A DNA stretch of 64,000 nt. Origin: an uncultured Holophagales bacterium. Lineage in GTDB: Bacteria > Acidobacteriota > Thermoanaerobaculia > Multivoradales > UBA5704. Below, piece after piece: positions 55,301-64,000 of the stretch. The stretch spans positions 1,408,001-1,472,000 of the forward strand of contig CAWJGT010000003.1 of the NCBI GenBank assembly GCA_963842525.1, in the 5' to 3' direction. Numbering within the stretch: position 1 is the first letter of the stretch; the number at the start of each line of letters is the position of its first letter. The notes under the pieces were generated by a model, which worked only from the letters and a program-made list of their open reading frames with translations, had not been told where the DNA came from and did no database searches. A program made the position numbers and the translations under genes.

Positions 55301-58300
55301 AAAGGCCGTCGGCGACGATCGCCTCGCTCTGAGGAGCTTCTCGGCCAGCGCGGCGAACGGAGCGATCATCGACCCCTCCGGCACCGGGCACGCCGTGGCG
55401 TTGGCGGCAGCGAAGAGCTCGCTCTGGTGCCGGGGAGGACCGATCGGCGCGAGAGCCTGCCAGACCGCCTCCTCGCTCGCGAGCCGCGTCAGCAGATCCT
55501 GGTAGGTCGCCAGCATGTCGCCGACCATGCCGGGCGGGAACAGCTCCTCGACGACGTCCCAGCTATAGGAGAGCCCGAGCGGATCTTCGAGCACCTGGTG
55601 GTCGAGCCAGACCTGCGGCGTCTGGCTGATCACGAAGCCCAGCTCGGCCTCTCCCAGAGCCGCCAGGGCCTCCCGCGGCGACACCTGGGTGAGGGTACTG
55701 GTAAAGACGACGGGCATCATGGCCGGTACGTGCCCGCCTCGGCGGCGGGAGAGCTCGCGCAGCACCCGGATGCCGGAGAAGGCGCTGTGATCGAGGTCCT
55801 CGAAGAGCTGCGTCTGCACCCGTTGCGCCCGCTCTCCGAAAGCCCCGGCCTGCGAGTTGTCGATGGCCAGCAGGGTGAGCGACGTGAAGTCCCCCACCAG
55901 CTCGTTGACCTCGGGATGGAGCGGCAGGCGGTTGAACAGGGTCACGTTGATGGCGAAGCGCGGGCTCTTCGACCACAGGGTCAGCACCTCGGCGAAGGCG
56001 GCGAGGAGCAGTCCCGAAGGGGTGAGGCCGCCGCGCGCCGCACGCTCCTTGAGCCGCTGCCACGCCGCGATCTCCAGGCGTCCCGGATGGCGCACGAAGG
56101 TAGGACGCCGCACCGCTTCCGGGCTGGTGGCCAGGGGCAGCTCCGGCGCCAGCGGAAAGCCGTCGAGGCGGGCTGTCCAGTAGGCGAGCGCGCGCTGGTA
56201 GGCGGGCTGCTCCTCCAGCGCGGAGAGCGCGAGCACGTAGTCGCGGAACGAAAGCGTGAGCGGCGCGAGCTCCCCTGTCCCGCCCATGGTAGGCGAGGCC
56301 GAGCTCGGGCAGCAGGACCTGCAGGCTCCAGGCGTCGCCGACCAGGAAGTCGAAGCTGAAGTGCAGGCGGACCCGGCCGCCGTCGAGCAGCGAGGCCCGC
56401 AGCTCGTAGAGAGGCCAGCGATCGCTCGGCAGCACCTGGTGCGACATCTTCCGGCGCACCGCCGCCAGAGCCAGAGCGGCCTCTACCTCAGAACAGCCGC
56501 GCAGGTCGAGCGTCGCGATCTCGTAGGGCGGCACCTCCGGGAGGATCTCCTGCCGCCCGTCGGGGTGCACGACCGCCCGCAACATGTCGTGCCGCGCGAT
56601 GAGGGTTCGGTAGGCGTGGGTCAGCCGCGCGAGATCGATGCCGCGGGCGTCGACCTCGGCATAGGCGTGGGTGGACACCTGGCCAAGGGCGAAGGCGTCG
56701 CCGCGCCCGATCAGGTAGGCGTGTTGGACTTCGGTCAAGGGGAACGGTAGAGACCGGCTCGCCGGGTCGGGGACGATCGACGGCAGGGCGGCGGCCGGCG
56801 CGGCGCCCGCCTGCTCGTTCGCCTGCCCGGCGGCGATCACCGTTGCGAACCCGGCCACCGTCGCCTTCTCGAACAGGTCGCGGATCCCCACGTCGATGCC
56901 GAACGACTGGCGCAGCTCCGTCACCAGGACGGTGGTGAGGAACGAATGCCCGCCGAGCTCGAAGAAGTCGTCGTGAACCCCGACCTCGTCGATCCCGAGC
57001 AGCCGCTGCCAGATCCCGGCGACCCGGCGCTCGGTCTCGTCGCGCGGTGCCACATAGGCATTGCGCAGCACCGGCCGGGGGTGCGCTGACAGAGCCTGTG
57101 GGGGGACGGCCTCAGGCTCGGGCGGCGGAGTCTCTCCGGCCGCGAGCTCCGGCATGGCGGGCACAGCGGCCGCCGGCTGCGGGCTCGCCTCGATCCAGTA
57201 GCGCTGGCGCTCGAAGGGATAGGTGGGCAGGGCAACCCGCCTCCGCCGCTCATGGCGGAAGAAGCGCGCGCCGTCCACCTCGACCCCGGCGAGCCAGAGC
57301 CGCCCCACGGCCCGCATCAGGGTCGCCTGCTCCGCCGCGCCGCCGCGCTCGCCCAGTGAGGGGACCACATTCGCGCCGCCTCCCGCCGGGTGCTGGCGGG
57401 CGAACGTCGAGAGAGCCTGCCCCGGCCCCACCTCCAGCAGGAACCGGCCGGGCTCATCGAACAGCTCGCCCAACCCGGCGGAGAACCGCACGGTCTGGCA
57501 CAGATGGCGGCCCCAGTACTCCGGGTCGGTGGCCTCGCGGGCCGTGATCCACGTGCCGGTGACGTTGGACAGGTACGGGATCCGCGGCGGCCGGAGAGCG
57601 AGCCGCCGGACGCTCTCGACCAGGCGCTCGGCGGCCGGCTCCATGAGCCGCGAGTGGAAGGCGTGGGAGGTCCGCAGGCGGCGCGAGACCACGCCCTGCT
57701 GCGCCAGCTCTTCTGCCAGCTCCGCCACGGCGCTCTCCGTTCCCGCCGCCACGCACATCCGGGGCGCATTCACCGCGGCCAGCGAGAGCTCAGGGCCGAG
57801 CCGGGGGAGCACCTCGCTCTCGGCCAGCGGAATGGCGAGCATAGCCCCGGCCGGAAGCTCCTCGACCAGCCGCGCCCGCTCGGCCACCAGCCAGAGAGCC
57901 TCCTCCAAGCTGAGCACGCCTGCGATACAGGCGGCCGTGTACTCGCCCAGGCTGTAGCCCATCATCGCCCTGGGTTTCACCCCCCAGTCCATCCAGAGGC
58001 GGGCCAGAGCGTGCTCGACCACGAACATCGCCGGCTGGGCGTACAAGGTGCGGTCCAGGCGCAGGGAGGCTTCCTCGGAGGCTTCGGCGGTCCGCCCGAG
58101 GAGCCGGCGCAGATCCATGCCCGGTGCCGGGCCCGCCGCTGGCGGTTGGCCGGCGGGGTAGAGGACCTCCCGCAGATCCACTCCCAGCGACCGCACCAGC
58201 AGCGCGCACGACCGGTCCACCTCGGCCCGGAAGACCGGCTCCGCCGCGTAGAGGCTCGCAGCCATGTGGAGCTGCTGATCGCCGAGTCCCGGGAAGAAGA

Positions 58301-59918
58301 AGGCGACGCTCTGGTCGTGCTCCTTGAGCCCCGTGAAAACCCCCTCGGAGGAGGGCTCGGCGAGCAGGCCGATGGCCTCGTCGCGGTCGCGGCAGACCAG
58401 CGTGCGTCGGTAGTCGAAGGGCTTGCGGCCGCGCTGCAGGGTGAAGGCGACATCGGCGAGATTGAGCTCGGGGCGGTTGCCCAGGTGAGCCGCGAGATCG
58501 GTCGTCGCGGCGGCGAGCGCCCCGGGGCTCTTCGCGGAGAGCAGCAGCAGTTGGTGCGAGCGCGGTGATGCCGCCGCCGGAGGGAGCGCGGGCGCCTCCT
58601 CGAGCACTACGTGGACATTGGTGCCGCCGAACCCGAAGGCGCTCACCCCCGCTCGACGCGGCCCGCCGTTGCGCAGCCAGGGCTGGAGCTCGGTATTGAC
58701 GTAGAACGGGCTCTCCGCAAAGTTGATCTCCGGATTCGGCCGCTCGAAGTGCAAGCTCGGCGGGATCATCCCGTGCTCGAGAGAGAGCACGGTCTTGATC
58801 AGACCGGTGATCCCGGCTGCCGTGGCCAGGTGACCGACATTGGTCTTCACTGACCCCAACGCACAGAACTGCCGGCGCCCCCTGCCGTTGAAATGACCGT
58901 TGAAATTGCTGGTAAAAGCGCGGGTCAGGGCCTCGACCTCGATCGGGTCCCCCAGCGCAGTGCCGGTGCCGTGCGCCTCGACGTAGGAGATGTCGGCCGC
59001 CTCCACACCGCTCCGCGCCAGGGCCTCGGCGATGACCTTGGCCTGGCCTTCGACCGACGGCGCGGTGTAGCCCACCTTCAGCGCACCGTCGTTGTTGATC
59101 GCCGACCCCTTGACCACCGCCCGGATCGAGTCCCCGTCGGCCACCGCGTCGGCCAGCCGCTTGAGCACCACCATTCCCAGGCCGCTGCCGACGACCGAGC
59201 CCTGCGCCCTGACGTCGAAGGTCCGGCAGCGGCCGTCGGGGGAGACGATGCCACCTTCCTGGTACATGTAGCCCCGGAAGTGACGGACGTTGATCGAGGC
59301 GCTGCCGGCCAGAGCCATGTCGCACTCCTCCGACAGCAGGCTCTGGCAGGCCGCATGCACCGCCACCAGACCGGTCGAGCAGGCGCTCTGGATCAGATAG
59401 CTCGGTCCCGTCAGGTTCAGCTTGTGCGAGATCCGCGTCGTCAGGTAGTCCCCGGAGTTGCCGAGGTCGATGTGCAGCTCGTCAAGGGTGGCGAGGACCG
59501 CCGGATTGGCCATCACCTGATAGAGCAGGTACGTGCTCGTCGACAGGCCAGCAAAGACGCCGATCGGCCCGCTGTGGGTCTCGCCGACATAGCCCGCGTC
59601 CTCGAGCGCCTGCCAGGCGCACTCGAGCAGAAGCCGTTGCTGCGGGTCCATGACCTCGGCCTCGCGATGGCTGAAGCCGAAGAAGGTGGCGTCGAAGCGA
59701 TCGATGCCCCGGGGCATCGCAATCACCTTGACCAGGTTGGGGTGAGTGAGCAGGGCCGGATCGACGCCGGCCGCGAGCAGCTCGTCGTCGGTCAACGTCC
59801 GGACTGCGTTGACGCCGTCGCACAGATTCTGCCAGAGCTCCCCGACGTTGTCGGCCCCTGGAAAGCGACCGGCCATGCCGATGATCGCGACGTCGGCTTC
59901 ATTCCGCGCTATTTCCAT
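52368..59918 (-). CDS. Hybrid PKS-NRPS KS-AT-ACP-Cy-A(Cys)-MT-T of about 2,500 aa; indels near 56280 and 55338
   Basis: KS: QSACST, HGTGT, NVGH. AT: GYSLGE and HAFH. Cy: DFLVGDAWS, PVVFTS, SQTPQVWLD. A: FDLSVYD, SLGGATEASIW. MT: LEIGAGTGG. T: GGDSL. Confidence 0.9.
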
Positions 59919-60176
59919 CGACGATCAAACCTCTCCGAGAAAAACGCCGGCCGACAAATTGCAATTTTTGGCATAAGCTTGAATCTAAAGAGTTCTGCGT
60001 GCCAGAGGGTAGAAGTGGGCCTGCTGGTTGTCAAGCTCCGGCAAGGGCCTGTCGGACCTGCTTTATACTGCGCGCCCTGCACGACGTTGGGACCTCAAGG
60101 TTCGAGACCCAGAGCAGGCGGCTCCGGCTCTAGAAGGGTTGTCAGGGATCGTGCGAAGGCTTGGAACTGTGATGAA
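59919..60176. promoter_or_regulatory. Lower-GC divergent intergenic region, probable bidirectional promoter region
   Basis: Lies between two divergent biosynthetic genes and contains AT-rich tracts (59955-59992); no specific promoter motif identified. Confidence 0.5.

Positions 60177-64000
<3,824 letters not shown>

Noticed and set aside
12674-59325. Many long antisense and alternative-frame ORFs
   Set aside because: These are shadow ORFs expected opposite high-GC coding sequence; no motifs.
59960-60010. Sigma-54 promoter
   Set aside because: TGGCA motifs occur on both strands, but neither has TTGC at the right spacing.

Overview
GC-rich bacterial window; the gene style suggests Acidobacteriota or a myxobacterium-like organism, but this is not provable from the sequence. 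Bases 1-10.7 kb are mostly housekeeping: an orphan antitoxin-like gene, a repeat-rich intergenic region, a GT2 glycosyltransferase, gamma-carbonic anhydrase, aspS, a DUF5678-like/retropepsin-like pair, aroB, an HD-GYP sensor, a roadblock protein, ftsY and ribD. From 10.7 kb to the end is a large hybrid PKS-NRPS cluster that runs off the right edge. It contains a stand-alone AT-less KS, a penicillin-acylase-family Ntn hydrolase, a degenerate KS fragment fused to an ACP, a SAM methyltransferase, and a 10-module NRPS of about 35.4 kb split by three apparent sequencing indels. It also contains a KS-AT-ACP-Cy-A(Cys)-MT-T hybrid and a divergent FAAL-ACP-C-A gene missing from the ORF track. The NRPS has several unusual parts: an internal sulfotransferase after a Dab/Dap module, a LYS2-like adenylation domain, a Pro-like A domain with an atypical pocket, and a C domain with HHxxxNG. 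Seven indels, one of them in the essential aspS, point to read errors rather than pseudogenes. Substrate codes were read by eye and are provisional.
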